Assembly (NCBI GenBank): GCA_036336835.1 | Contig: JAYZFK010000082.1 | Span: 6,951-70,950, forward strand | Length of the DNA stretch: 64,000 nt | Reading direction: 5' to 3' | From: Myxococcota bacterium | Lineage (GTDB): Bacteria; Myxococcota_A; UBA9160; UBA4427 | In this document: positions 22,424 through 32,715 of the stretch, piece by piece | Layout: each line of letters begins with the position of its first letter | How positions within the stretch are numbered: position 1 is the first letter of the stretch | Notes under the pieces: model-generated | Told to the model about the DNA's origin: nothing | The model's input: the letters and a program-made list of their open reading frames with translations, nothing else | Databases searched by the model: none | Made by a program: the position numbers and the translations under genes

Positions 22424-23478
22424 CCACCGCCCAGCAGCTCCTCGCCGCGTTCGGCGTCGTAGAAGACGGCGGCCTGCCCGGGCGAGACGGCCGCCACCGG
22501 CTCCTCGAACTGCACCCGCACCTCGCCTCCCCCGACCGGTTCGACCACCGCAAGGGCCCCGGCGTGGCGATAGCGGACCCGCACGCGCGCCCGTCGCGCC
22601 GTGCGCGGCGCCGCTCCGGCGACCCAGCTCACCTGGCAGACACGCGCCCGTCGGGTCTCGATCTCGCTGCGGGAGCCGACGACGACGCGACGTGATGCGG
22701 GCTCGAGTCGCGTCACGTAGCGCGGCTCGCTCGAGGCAATGCCGAGCCCCTTGCGCTGTCCCACGGTGAATCGATGCACGCCATCGTGCCGGCCCAGCAC
22801 ACGTCCTCCCGCGTCGACGATCTCGCCGCCCCGCTCGGTTGCGGCCGGCCGGATCGACTCGACGACCCGGGCGTAGTCACCATCGGGAACGAAGCAGATC
22901 TCCTGGCTCTCGGGCTTGTCGGCTGTCGCCAGCCCGAGCGCACGCGCGCGCTCGCGGACCTGCGACTTGCGCAGCTCGCCGAGAGGGAACCACGCCCGTT
23001 CGAGCTGCTCCTGATCCAGCTGGAACAGGAAGTACGTCTGGTCCTTGTCGTCGTCGAGCGCGCGCCACAGCCGCATGCGGCCGGTCGTCGGATCGCAATC
23101 GAGGCGAGCGTAGTGCCCCGTCGCCACACGGTCTGCCCCGAAGACCTTCGCACGCTCGAGCAGGTGATCGAACTTGAAGCGCTTGTTGCACGTCACACAC
23201 GGAATCGGTGTCTCGCCTGCGAGGTAGGCATCAGCAAACGGCTCGATTACCTCCTTGCGGAACTCTTCGGTGTAGTTGGCCACGTAGAACTTGATCCCGA
23301 GGCGCTCGGCGACCCGGCGCGCATCGTCCGCGTCGTCGAGCGAGCAGCAACGTGATCCACTGCCCGCAAGGTGCATGGTGACGCCGATCGTCTCCACGCC
23401 GGTCTCGGCGACCAGCGCCGCTGCCAACGACGAATCGACGCCGCCCGACATCGCGACTACGACGCGCGCCGGGTTCAT
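22399..23478 (-). CDS. mnmA: tRNA 2-thiouridine(34) synthase
   Basis: PP-loop VAMSGGVDSS plus CCSLDD and CVTCN motifs. ATGA overlap with the upstream desulfurase. Confidence 0.95.
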   Translation of the reverse strand: MNPARVVVAMSGGVDSSLAAALVAETGVETIGVTMHLAGSGSRCCSLDDADDARRVAERLGIKFYVANYTEEFRKEVIEPFADAYLAGETPIPCVTCNKRFKFDHLLERAKVFGADRVATGHYARLDCDPTTGRMRLWRALDDDKDQTYFLFQLDQEQLERAWFPLGELRKSQVRERARALGLATADKPESQEICFVPDGDYARVVESIRPAATERGGEIVDAGGRVLGRHDGVHRFTVGQRKGLGIASSEPRYVTRLEPASRRVVVGSRSEIETRRARVCQVSWVAGAAPRTARRARVRVRYRHAGALAVVEPVGGGEVRVQFEEPVAAVSPGQAAVFYDAERGEELLGGGWLARNAS

Positions 23479-24629
23479 GCTCCGACCGCCTGGCGCACGC
23501 GCGGGACCAGCTCGACCAGATGGCCGATCACCTCGTCGATCTGGGCTTCGTCGTTGCCCCAGCCGACCGACAGGCGCAGTGTCGCGCGCGCCTGCTCGGG
23601 GGTGCGGCCCATGGCGCTGAGCACGTGCGACGGAGTGACGGAGCCCGAGTGGCAGGCGGCCCCGGCCGAGGCCGCTACACCCGCGAGATCGAGCGCTTGG
23701 AGCAGCATCTCGCCGGCGGCTCCAGCGAACTCGACGCTGAGTGTATTGGGCAGGATTCCGTCGGGGTCCGCGTCACCCGCATTCCAGCGAAGGTCGGGCA
23801 GCTTGCCCGCGAGTCCTTGCCACAGCCGGTCGCGCAGCCCGCGGTAGTGCTCGATGCGCGCGCCCAGCTCCGCGGTGGCGAGCTCGCAGGCAGCGCCGAG
23901 GCCCGCGATGCCGGCCACATTCTCGGTGCCCCCCCGCGCGCGCCGCTCCTGCGGCCCCCCGCACAGTAGCGGCGGCAGGACGGGCGCGTCGCGGGCGACC
24001 AGCGCGCCCGTGCCTTTTGGTCCGTTCAGCTTGTGTGCCGAACACGACAGCCAGTGGGCACCAACCGCCCCGAGGTCCACCGGCGTCTTGCCGAGAGCCT
24101 GGGTTGCATCGACGTGGAGCCACGACCCGGCAGCGCGCACGCGCTCGGCGATCGGCTCCATCGGCTGTAGCACTCCCGTCTCGTTGTTGGCCCAGATTAC
24201 GCTCACCAGCGCCGGCGCGCCGGCGAGCGCCCCGCTGAGCTCGCCCAGGTCGAGACGTCCGTTTGCATCGACGCCGAGCCAGGTGACCGCAATCCCCTCT
24301 CTCTCGAGGGCCGCCGCGGGCTCGGTCACCGACGGGTGCTCGATCGCCGTCGTGATCAGCCGACGCCAGGGTGTCTCCGCGGAGCGCAGCGACTGGATCA
24401 CGGCATTGTTCGCTTCGGTCGCACCTGCCGTGAAGGTCACGTCAGCCGCTTCGCACCCGACCGCGCGCGCCACCTGCTCTCGCGCACGGTCGACGATGCG
24501 CCGCGCCGCCGCGCCCTCCTGGTGGGTGCTCGACGGATTGCCGAAGACCTCGCCCAGCACCGGCGCCATCACGTCCAGCACCTCGGCACGCAGCGGCGTG
24601 GTGGCGTTGTGATCGAGGTAGACCCGCAT
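23475..24629 (-). CDS. Cysteine desulfurase (class V aminotransferase, NifS/IscS type)
   Basis: MRVYLDHNATTP start, PLP lysine motif SAHKLNGPKG and catalytic Cys loop SAGAACHSG. Confidence 0.9.
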   Translation of the reverse strand: MRVYLDHNATTPLRAEVLDVMAPVLGEVFGNPSSTHQEGAAARRIVDRAREQVARAVGCEAADVTFTAGATEANNAVIQSLRSAETPWRRLITTAIEHPSVTEPAAALEREGIAVTWLGVDANGRLDLGELSGALAGAPALVSVIWANNETGVLQPMEPIAERVRAAGSWLHVDATQALGKTPVDLGAVGAHWLSCSAHKLNGPKGTGALVARDAPVLPPLLCGGPQERRARGGTENVAGIAGLGAACELATAELGARIEHYRGLRDRLWQGLAGKLPDLRWNAGDADPDGILPNTLSVEFAGAAGEMLLQALDLAGVAASAGAACHSGSVTPSHVLSAMGRTPEQARATLRLSVGWGNDEAQIDEVIGHLVELVPRVRQAVGA

Positions 24630-24639
24630 CGGGCCCAAG

Positions 24640-26037
24640 CTAGCCCGTCCCGCGAGCTCTGGCGCCGCGGCCCCACTTGGCGGGCGGTGCGGCTCGGGGT
24701 GTGCGTCCGGGGAGGGATTCGAGCAGGCTCGCAAGCGTGCGGTCGCGGGCGATCGGTTGCGAGACGCGCGCGAGCTCCGCCACGACATCGCCGATCAGGC
24801 GAGTCGAATCCGCCGGCCCCTCGCCCTTGCGGGCCGGAAGCTCCGGGGCACCCCGGACGGCCGCCAGCACATCGGCCAGCCGAATGTCGACTGCGGGCCG
24901 CCCGAGCTGGTAGCCGGGCTCTCGCCCCTCGGGCGAGCAGGCCGACACGATCTGTTCGTCCTCGAGCACTGCGAGCACCTCGCGCGCGATCCGCACGGGG
25001 ATCCCGAGCTGCTCGCCGAGGGCCTCCGCGGTCGCCAGGCCCTCGCGGTCGCGGAAGGCGCGCGCCACCTCGAGCGCAATGCACAGCGCGAGGATCTCGC
25101 GTTCCGCGGCGCTCGGCGGGCTGCCCTGCACCTCGCGCCGATAGCTCGCCAGGTTCTGGTGGGCGAACGAAATCTCCGCGCCCAGCAGGAAGATCGCCAT
25201 CGACACGTAGATCCAGACCAGCAGCAGCGGCACGGTCGCGGCAGCGCCGAACAGTGCGTCATAGCGAGCCGCGCCGACACCCAGCTTGACGTACGTCGAC
25301 TGCGCGAGCCCAAAGAGGATCGCCGCCACCACACCCCCCAGGACAGCGGAGCGGAGGCGCACCGAGGTATTCGGCAGGAACCAGTAGATGAACGAGAACG
25401 CCCCGACGAGCAGCAGGAATGGCGCATAGCGAAGCCCGGCCGAGTAGAACCTGTCGAAGAGCGGAAACTGCAGCAGCCATGCCACGATGGGCTCGCTCTG
25501 CAGCGTGGTGCCGAGCGAGAGCGAGATCGCGAGCAACAGCGGCGCCACGATCAGCACCGCCAGGTAGTCGGTGAAGCGCCGCGTCCAGGAACGACCGCGC
25601 ACGACACCCCAGATCGAGTTGACGGCGTGCTCGCCATGGCGCAGAGCGAGCACCGTGGCCACCAACAAGAGCGCGGCTCCGACGGTTCCGAAGCCCGAGA
25701 GGTCGACCTTGCGGACGTAGGGCAACACGGTCTCGCGCGCACCCGGGATCGCCAGGTAGTCGATGCCAGCCGCGACCAGCCCCTCGGTCACGCCGAGGCC
25801 CTTCAGCACGGCGAGCACGACCACCAGTGCCGGGATCAGCGCCAGCGACGCCATGTAGGTGAGCGCGCTCGCGCGCAGCAGCAACTCATCGCGCACGAAG
25901 CCCTCGACCACCACATAGCCGAACTGGAGCAGGCGGATCGGCCCGGTTGCGATCGAGCCGCCCTCGAGCTCCGTGTGCCACAGGTCGCGCAGCAGAAAGC
26001 GGCGAGCACGCTCGAAGATTTCGCTCGGTGCGGTCAT
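24640..26037 (-). CDS. YihY/BrkB-family membrane protein with a C-terminal winged-helix-like extension
   Basis: LRASALTYMASLALIPALVV and multiple TM helices. The C-terminal soluble part resembles an Rrf2-type wHTH (LATAEALGEQLGIPVRIAREVLAVLEDEQIV). Confidence 0.8.
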   Translation of the reverse strand: MTAPSEIFERARRFLLRDLWHTELEGGSIATGPIRLLQFGYVVVEGFVRDELLLRASALTYMASLALIPALVVVLAVLKGLGVTEGLVAAGIDYLAIPGARETVLPYVRKVDLSGFGTVGAALLLVATVLALRHGEHAVNSIWGVVRGRSWTRRFTDYLAVLIVAPLLLAISLSLGTTLQSEPIVAWLLQFPLFDRFYSAGLRYAPFLLLVGAFSFIYWFLPNTSVRLRSAVLGGVVAAILFGLAQSTYVKLGVGAARYDALFGAAATVPLLLVWIYVSMAIFLLGAEISFAHQNLASYRREVQGSPPSAAEREILALCIALEVARAFRDREGLATAEALGEQLGIPVRIAREVLAVLEDEQIVSACSPEGREPGYQLGRPAVDIRLADVLAAVRGAPELPARKGEGPADSTRLIGDVVAELARVSQPIARDRTLASLLESLPGRTPRAAPPAKWGRGARARGTG

Positions 26038-26459
26038 CGGACTCCCTGGGCAGAGCTTGGACGAGTTGGGTACGAGTCGGCAACGACCTGCTCGATCTGC
26101 AGCCAGGACCGGAGCGTTTCGACCGTCCTGGGGCCGATTCCATTCACCCGTTCGAGATCCTCGAGCTGCCGAAACCGGCCTCGTGCCCGCGCGGCCACGA
26201 TTGCCAACGCACGTGCGGGGCCGATTCCCGGGAGCAAGACCAGCTCCGCGGCGGTCGCCCGATTCGGATCGAGTCCAGCGCCGAACAGCAACCGTGCCGC
26301 GCCCGCCAGCGCCTGCGGGCCCTCGCTGCAGGCGCGAAGGGCCGCGGGGCTGTCTGGAGCGCTGCAGGCGTGCAGCGAGCGAGGACGCGCGTCGCAGAGG
26401 GCAACGACCAGCGGCAGCAGCATCCAGACGAGCGCGGCGGTCGCCGGGGCGTCGCGCAT
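26034..26459 (-). CDS. comEA: ComEA-family helix-hairpin-helix DNA-binding protein
   Basis: N-terminal hydrophobic anchor, then NRATAAELVLLPGIGPARALAIV...LERVNGIGPRTVE (a tandem HhH). Confidence 0.75.
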   Translation of the reverse strand: MRDAPATAALVWMLLPLVVALCDARPRSLHACSAPDSPAALRACSEGPQALAGAARLLFGAGLDPNRATAAELVLLPGIGPARALAIVAARARGRFRQLEDLERVNGIGPRTVETLRSWLQIEQVVADSYPTRPSSAQGVR

Positions 26460-26494
26460 GGAAATCTCCCCGGGACCGGGGCGTGAAACGAAAA

Positions 26495-27733
26495 CTACTC
26501 GGGAACGGGCTCGGAGGCGCCGTCCTCGATGAAGGCGGCGTGAAGCGCACGCACGGCGCGCTCACTGTACTGCTCATCGATCACGACCGAGACCTTGATC
26601 TCGCTCGTGGTGATCATCTGGATGTTGATGCCCTCGTCGGCCAGCACGGCGAACATACGGTTGGCCACACCGGCGTGGTCTTTCATGCCAAGGCCCACGA
26701 TCGAGACCTTGGCCACCTCGTCGTCGGCTTCGACCCCGGCTGCGCCCGTCCGCGCGGCGGCCGTCGTGGCCAGATCGAGCGCCCGCGCGTAATCGCTCCG
26801 TGGCACCGTGAAGGTCAAGTCGGTCGTCTGATCCGAACCCACGTTCTGGATGATCATGTCGACCACGATGCCGGCATCGGACAACGGAGAGAAGATCGCA
26901 TTCGCCACGCCGGGCTGGTCCTTCACGCCGCATACGCGAATCTTGGCCTCATCTCGGTTGTAGGTAACCCCGGACACGATCAGCCGCTCCATAACATCCT
27001 CCTCACGCACGACCCAGGTGCCCTCGCCGGTCTCGAAGCTCGAGCGAACGTGGATCGGCAAGCCGTAGCGCGTCGCGAATTTGACCGAGCGGATCTGCAG
27101 CACCTTCGCTCCCAGGCTGGCCATCTCGAGCATCTCGTCGAACGAGATGCGATCGAGCTTGCGAGCCTTCTCGCACAGGCGCGGATCGGCGGTGTAGACG
27201 CCATCGACATCGGTATAGATCTCACACACGTCCGCGCCCAGCGCGCACGCTACGGCGACTGCCGAGGTGTCCGAGCCGCCGCGTCCCAGCGTCGTGATGT
27301 TGCCGTCGTCGTCGGTGCCCTGGAAGCCGGCGATGACCGCCACGGCGCCGCGGTCGAGCACCCGGCGCAGCGCCTGCGTGTCGATCCGACGGATCCGTGC
27401 GCGCGTGTGTGCCGCATCGGTGAGCATGCCCATCTGTGTACCGGTAAAGCTCTGAGCATCGACCCCGAGCTGGTGGAGCGCCAGCGAGAGCAGCGCGATC
27501 GTCTTCTGCTCGCCCGAGGACACGAGCACGTCGTACTCGCGCGGCGAGGGTGCGTCGCCGCCGAGCTCATGGGCCAGGTCGATCAGTGCACTGGTCTCGC
27601 CGGCCATGGCAGACACGCACGCCACGACCTGATTGCCGGCGCGATGGGCCGCGACAACGCGGCGCGCGGCGTTTCGAATCCGCTCCGGATCGCCGACGCT
27701 CGTCCCACCGAATTTCTGTACGACTAGCGCCAC
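26495..27733 (-). CDS. lysC: Aspartate kinase
   Basis: GTG start followed by [15 protein letters not shown]-terminal ACT domains. RBS GAGGGA upstream. Confidence 0.92.
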   Translation of the reverse strand: MALVVQKFGGTSVGDPERIRNAARRVVAAHRAGNQVVACVSAMAGETSALIDLAHELGGDAPSPREYDVLVSSGEQKTIALLSLALHQLGVDAQSFTGTQMGMLTDAAHTRARIRRIDTQALRRVLDRGAVAVIAGFQGTDDDGNITTLGRGGSDTSAVAVACALGADVCEIYTDVDGVYTADPRLCEKARKLDRISFDEMLEMASLGAKVLQIRSVKFATRYGLPIHVRSSFETGEGTWVVREEDVMERLIVSGVTYNRDEAKIRVCGVKDQPGVANAIFSPLSDAGIVVDMIIQNVGSDQTTDLTFTVPRSDYARALDLATTAAARTGAAGVEADDEVAKVSIVGLGMKDHAGVANRMFAVLADEGINIQMITTSEIKVSVVIDEQYSERAVRALHAAFIEDGASEPVPE

Positions 27734-27740
27734 GTCCCTC

Positions 27741-28322
27741 TCAGCCTCGCCCCCCGTCCAGGCCGCCACTGGCGAGGACACGTTCCCAGCGCGTGAGCAC
27801 CGCGCCCGCGACTGCGCCGGTGGCGAACGCGGTGATCTGCCGCGACGTAGCGGGGGGCGTAGCCTTCCCGACCTGGGCGTCGGGTGCCAGCCCGGGGCGC
27901 TCGAGCGTGACCTCGAGCCGATCGCACGGCAGCGCGGTCGGGAAGCGGTCTGCCCATTCGACTGCCAGCACGTTTCCCGGCTCGAGCAGGTCCACGAAGC
28001 CCGCCGCATCGAGCTCCGCAGCGGCCTCGAGCCGGTACAGGTCGACGTGGACGAGCCGGCCTCCAGAAGAAAGCGAGTACTCACTTATTATTGTGAAGGT
28101 CGGGCTCACGATCGCCTGGCCCTCCACCCCGAGCCCCTCGGCAAGCCCCTGCGTGAACAGCGTCTTGCCGGCACCGAGTTGGCCGATCAGCGCCACCACG
28201 AAGGGCTCCCGGGCGCGGGCCGAGCCGATCGTCCGGGCGAGCTCCCGCGCGGCCTCACGAGTCGCCTCAGGACCCGGCGAAGTCCAGCAGTAGACCAGAC
28301 GCGGGGGCTCGGGAGTGGACAT
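27741..28322 (-). CDS. tsaE: tRNA t6A biosynthesis ATPase TsaE
   Basis: [14 protein letters not shown]-loop, SPTFT, and HVDLYRL. The start is uncertain; it overlaps the nnr 3' end by about 55 nt if 28322 is used. Confidence 0.85.
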   Translation of the reverse strand: MSTPEPPRLVYCWTSPGPEATREAARELARTIGSARAREPFVVALIGQLGAGKTLFTQGLAEGLGVEGQAIVSPTFTIISEYSLSSGGRLVHVDLYRLEAAAELDAAGFVDLLEPGNVLAVEWADRFPTALPCDRLEVTLERPGLAPDAQVGKATPPATSRQITAFATGAVAGAVLTRWERVLASGGLDGGRG

Positions 28323-29883
28323 CCGGCGCAGCTTCGCGCAGATCGCGCAGCGTTGCCGGGAGCGCGTCGGCCAGCTCACTCGCCAGCAGTCCGGCGTCGC
28401 CCTCACGGGCCGTAATGCGGTCCCCCGCGGAACCGTGCAGCCAGGCGGCCAGAGCACCGGCCTCGCTGGGAGCAACCCCCTGCCCGACCAGCGCAGCGAC
28501 GATTCCGGTCAAGACGTCGCCGGTTCCCGCCGTGCCCAGCGCAGGGCCGCCCGTGGTGTTGACGGACGCAAAGCCCTCGCTCGTCGCCGTCACAGTGGGG
28601 GCCCCCTTGAGGACGACGATGGCGCGCGCGCGACGTGCGAGCTCGCGGGCAGCGCCCAGCCGATCGCCGTTCAGTGCGGCTGGCGTCGTTGCGAGTAGAC
28701 GCGCGGCCTCCCCGGGGTGTGGAGTCAGCACGGTCGCCGCCTCCCGGCCCGCCAGGATCGAAGGGTCTCCGCCCAGCGCGTTCAGTCCATCGGCGTCGAG
28801 GACCAGCGGTCGCGCACAACGCTTGACGAAGGTCTGCACGAGCACGTCGGTATCCGGGTCGCGGCCGAGGCCCGGTCCGAGCGCCACGACATCGCGTTCG
28901 CGCGCGAGCGCGAGCAGGCTCTCCTCAGCGGTCGCAGACAAGCCACGGCCGGGCGTGTCGGCGACCGCCACGGTCATCGCCTCGGTGCACAAGGTCTCGA
29001 GGATGTCGTTCAGGCCGGCCGGGCAGGCAAGTGTAACCAGCCCAGCGCCTGCGCGGGCAGCCGCCCGGGCCGCGAGCGCAGCCGCCCCCGTCTTGCCCTC
29101 GGAGCCCGCGATCAGCAACACGTGACCGAAGCGACCCTTGTGTCCGGTGCGGGGACGCGCCGGCAGTGCCCCGCGCGCCCGCGTGCGGTCGTAGCTCTCG
29201 GCGAGCGGACGCACTCCGGGGGCGGAGTCGGCGATCCCGATCCGCGCCACCAGCACGCGACCGCTGAGCGAACGTCCGGGCTCGAGCGCGAGCCCGCACT
29301 TCGGGAGGCCGATCGTGACCGTGAGGTCAGCCCGGACGCAGGCGCCGAGCTCCTGACCGGTGTCGGAATCGAGCCCCGATGGAACGTCGACGGCAACCAC
29401 CCGTGCGCCGTATTGTCGCTGGCGCTCGATCGCCGCGATAGCGCGCCCGGGTTCGCTATCGACAGCAACCTCGCGCGCCAGCCCGGTGCCGAAGATTGCG
29501 TCCACCACGACGCCAGCACGGCCGCCCGCGTCGATCGCATCGACCCCGACCTCGTGCGACACGCCCATACGCTGCAGCCGAGCAAAGTTTGCAGCCGCCG
29601 CGCCGCGCAGCCGCGCGGGGTCCGCAAGCAGGACGGCCCGGACCACCACACCAAGCGCGAACAGCTGGCGGGCGACGACCAGGCCATCACCGCCGTTGTT
29701 GCCGCTGCCGCAGACGACGAGCACGGCGTCGCGCGTCGAATCGCGAAGCGCGAGTACGGCCTCGACCACTGCGCGACCGGCACTCTCCATCAGCAGATCG
29801 CCGGGAACACCCAGCCCATCGATCGTATGCGCGTCCAGCGCGCGCATGTCGGCTCGGGTCACCAGCGGCCAAGACGCCACGAC
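28267..29883 (-). CDS. nnr: Bifunctional NAD(P)H-hydrate repair enzyme (epimerase plus ADP-dependent dehydratase)
   Basis: YjeF_N region (VVCGSGNNGGDG) followed by a carbohydrate-kinase-like C-domain (GAPTVTA...TAGTGDVLTG). The start is approximate. Confidence 0.9.
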   Translation of the reverse strand, partial: VVASWPLVTRADMRALDAHTIDGLGVPGDLLMESAGRAVVEAVLALRDSTRDAVLVVCGSGNNGGDGLVVARQLFALGVVVRAVLLADPARLRGAAAANFARLQRMGVSHEVGVDAIDAGGRAGVVVDAIFGTGLAREVAVDSEPGRAIAAIERQRQYGARVVAVDVPSGLDSDTGQELGACVRADLTVTIGLPKCGLALEPGRSLSGRVLVARIGIADSAPGVRPLAESYDRTRARGALPARPRTGHKGRFGHVLLIAGSEGKTGAAALAARAAARAGAGLVTLACPAGLNDILETLCTEAMTVAVADTPGRGLSATAEESLLALARERDVVALGPGLGRDPDTDVLVQTFVKRCARPLVLDADGLNALGGDPSILAGREAATVLTPHPGEAARLLATTPAALNGDRLGAARELARRARAIVVLKGAPTVTATSEGFASVNTTGGPALGTAGTGDVLTGIVAALVGQGVAPSEAGALAAWLHGSAGDRITAREGDAGLLASELADALPATLRDLREAAPDVHSRAPASGLLLDFAGS

Positions 29884-29899
29884 AGACGAGTCCCGCCGG

Positions 29900-30616
29900 C
29901 TATTCCACGCGCGTGCGCAGATCCCGCACGGCGCGCTCGACGCCCACGAGCAGGGCGCGCGCGGTGAACGCTCGGCCAACCACGACGCGATCGGCCGAGG
30001 GCACGACGGCCAGCACCTCGGGCAGGCTGCGTTCGTCGAGGCCGCCGCCGAGCGCGAGCGCCATGTGCAGCTTGCTGGCGAGCCGGCCGGCATCGCCCAA
30101 CGCCTCGAGCGCTGTCTTGCGCTCCGCGCCGGGCAGATCGACGGTCGCTCCCGTGTAGAGCTCGAGAGCTTGTGCTCCCAGCCGGTGAGCGGCCTTCACG
30201 GAGTCGAGCTCGGGCGCGATCAACAGCGCGGCCGGGATACCCGCATCCTCGAGCGAGCGCAGCATGGGCTGGACCGTGTGTGCCTGCGTGCGCAGCTCCA
30301 GCGGCGTCGCGCCACCCAGGTTCTGCCAGCTCTCGCCCGCGATCACCACACGATCCGGTCGGGCTTCGAGCGCGGCCTTGAGCAGGCTCGGGCTCGCCGT
30401 CATGCGTAGCTCGAGCCCGCGGCTCACCCGACGCAGGTGCTGCACTTCGCTCTCACCGATCAGCCGCAGATCCTCGGTCAGCGTGACACGCACGGCCGCC
30501 GCGCCCGCGAGCTCGGCGAGCGTCGCCGCAGCGGCAAGATCGATGCCCATCCGCCCGCCCGCGGCCTCGGCCAGCCTCGCTACCGGATCGATCGAAACCA
30601 CCAGTGAGCGCATCAA
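29900..30616 (-). CDS. PdxJ-like protein (pyridoxine 5'-phosphate synthase fold, with divergent active-site motifs)
   Basis: 238 aa, collinear with E. coli PdxJ as I recall it. The conserved His/Arg motifs are substituted; see findings. Confidence 0.6.
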   Translation of the reverse strand: MMRSLVVSIDPVARLAEAAGGRMGIDLAAAATLAELAGAAAVRVTLTEDLRLIGESEVQHLRRVSRGLELRMTASPSLLKAALEARPDRVVIAGESWQNLGGATPLELRTQAHTVQPMLRSLEDAGIPAALLIAPELDSVKAAHRLGAQALELYTGATVDLPGAERKTALEALGDAGRLASKLHMALALGGGLDERSLPEVLAVVPSADRVVVGRAFTARALLVGVERAVRDLRTRVE

Positions 30617-31980
30617 CTCCCCCCGCCGACAACACGGCGCACGACGTCCGCAAGATCGGCCGCGTACTCGCAGACGCGTCGCTCGTCACGTCCCTCGACC
30701 ATGACACGGGCCTTGAGCTCGGTGCCGCTGTAGCGAATCAGCACTCGGCCCTGCCCTGCCAGCGCCGACTCGATGCGGCGGATCGCCTGCTGCACGGCTG
30801 GCAGTGATTCTAACGGCGGCTTGTCTGCCACCTCGATGTTGAGCAACACCTGCGGATAATGCACGAAGTCGGCGGTCAGCTCGGAGAGCCGCTTGCCGGT
30901 CCGGGCCAGGATGCCGAGCACCTGCAGTGCCGTCATCAGTCCATCGCCCGTGCGGCCGTGATCCGAGAAGATCAGGTGTCCCGACTGCTCACCGCCGAGG
31001 TTGTAGCCGCCGCTGCGCATCGCTTCGACGACGTGACGGTCGCCCACCTGGACGCGCTCGAGCTCCAGCCCCGCGTCGGCAAGCGATTTCTCGAGCCCGA
31101 GGTTGCTCATCACGGTCGCGACGACGCCACCGCCCTTCAGCAGCTCGCGCTCGGCCAGATTGCGTGCGCACAGCGCAAGGATCTGGTCGCCGTCGACGAC
31201 CTCGCCACGCTCGTCGATCAGGATCACCCGGTCGGCGTCACCATCGACGGCGATGCCGACGTCGGCGCGCACTTCGCGCACCTTGCCAGCAGCGTACATC
31301 GGATGCGTCGAGCCACAGCCCTCGTTGATGTTGCGCCCGTTGGGCTCGACCGCGAGCGCGAACACCTCGGCACCGAGTTCGGACAGCACAGTTGGCCCGA
31401 CCTTGTAGGCGGCGCCGTTGGCGCAGTCGAGCACGACGCGCAGACCGTCGAGCTTGAGCTGCGCTGGAAACGTATTCTTGAGGTAGACCACATAGCGGCC
31501 TTCGGCGTCGTCGATGCGCGTCGCCTGTCCGATCTCGTCGGAGTCCGCGAGCGCGTGGGCGAGCTCGCCGCTGCGGAGCAGCTGCTCGATCTGGCTTTCG
31601 ATCGCATCGGGCAGCTTGTAGCCGTCGTGACCGAAGAACTTGATGCCGTTGTCCTGATACTTGTTGTGGCTGGCCGAGATCATCACACCGGCATCGCAGC
31701 GCATGTCCACCGTCAGAAAGGCCAGCGCAGGAGTCGGCATCGGGCCGACCTGGATCACGTTGACGCCCATCGAGCTCACCCCCGAGGCGAGCGCGTCCTC
31801 GAACATGTAGCCCGACAGTCGAGTATCCTTGCCGATCAGGATGCGGTGCCGTCCTCGCCCGCGACCGCGGAACACGTGCGCGATCGCCTGGCCGAGCTGC
31901 AACGCGATGCTGGGCGTCATGGGATGGACGTTCGCGGTGCCGCGGACGCCGTCGGTTCCGAACAGTTTGCCTTCGCTCAC
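30613..31980 (-). CDS. glmM: Phosphoglucosamine mutase
   Basis: LFGTDGVRG start and the phosphoserine loop SASHNKYQDNG. Confidence 0.95.
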   Translation of the reverse strand: MSEGKLFGTDGVRGTANVHPMTPSIALQLGQAIAHVFRGRGRGRHRILIGKDTRLSGYMFEDALASGVSSMGVNVIQVGPMPTPALAFLTVDMRCDAGVMISASHNKYQDNGIKFFGHDGYKLPDAIESQIEQLLRSGELAHALADSDEIGQATRIDDAEGRYVVYLKNTFPAQLKLDGLRVVLDCANGAAYKVGPTVLSELGAEVFALAVEPNGRNINEGCGSTHPMYAAGKVREVRADVGIAVDGDADRVILIDERGEVVDGDQILALCARNLAERELLKGGGVVATVMSNLGLEKSLADAGLELERVQVGDRHVVEAMRSGGYNLGGEQSGHLIFSDHGRTGDGLMTALQVLGILARTGKRLSELTADFVHYPQVLLNIEVADKPPLESLPAVQQAIRRIESALAGQGRVLIRYSGTELKARVMVEGRDERRVCEYAADLADVVRRVVGGGS

Positions 31981-32672
31981 CCGGTCTCTCCCGGCCCATC
32001 GACCTCGAGGGTCTCATCGGGCTCGATCGCCTCGATCTCGATCACGATTCGCACCGGCTCCTCGTCCTCCTTCCACACGCTGCCCCCACCGAGGTAGAGC
32101 CGCACTTCGCGTTCTTCGCTCTCGGCGAGGCCAGTCAGCACGATTGGCTCGGTCACGACCTCGTCGAGCTTGAGCACCTGGCTTCGCGCGCCCGCCAGCC
32201 ATACTCGACTCGGCACCACGCGGAGATCCTTGAGCCGAAAGCCCTCTGCCGGCTCCCCCTCGAGGTCGGGGTGGACAGTGACCGGCTTGCGGGCCTTGGC
32301 GTCGAGCCGCAGGGTGATCTGCGATGGCGCGAGCTGCGTAGTGCTAACCCCACGCGGCAGTGAAACCGGCGGGTTGGGCACATTGATCGTGGTGACGCCG
32401 CGCTTGCTGCTGCTGATGTCGATAGGAAACGACAGCTGATCCTTCTCGATGTTGCGCAACGCCGCCGCCGACCCGCGCACGTGAATGCTGAGCTCGTCCG
32501 CTTTCCTCTCGGTGATCACGAGCGACTCCGGAACCCCGCGGAGCTCTACCGGAACGGTGAGCACTTGCTCGATGTTCGCCTGCCCCTGAGAGAGAGCCCA
32601 CAAGAGGCTCGCGATCAGGAACGCGCTCACCAAGAGCAGTGGGCGAAAGCTTGAAATGCGACGGCGCACCAA
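31977..32672 (-). CDS. cdaR: YbbR-domain protein (CdaA regulator)
   Basis: N-terminal TM anchor and repeated YbbR-like beta modules. It occupies the conserved position between cdaA and glmM. Confidence 0.8.
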   Translation of the reverse strand: MVRRRISSFRPLLLVSAFLIASLLWALSQGQANIEQVLTVPVELRGVPESLVITERKADELSIHVRGSAAALRNIEKDQLSFPIDISSSKRGVTTINVPNPPVSLPRGVSTTQLAPSQITLRLDAKARKPVTVHPDLEGEPAEGFRLKDLRVVPSRVWLAGARSQVLKLDEVVTEPIVLTGLAESEEREVRLYLGGGSVWKEDEEPVRIVIEIEAIEPDETLEVDGPGETG

Positions 32673-32715
32673 CGTGTAACTCCCCGGCCTGTCTCGACCT
32701 CGACCCGCGGCGGGC

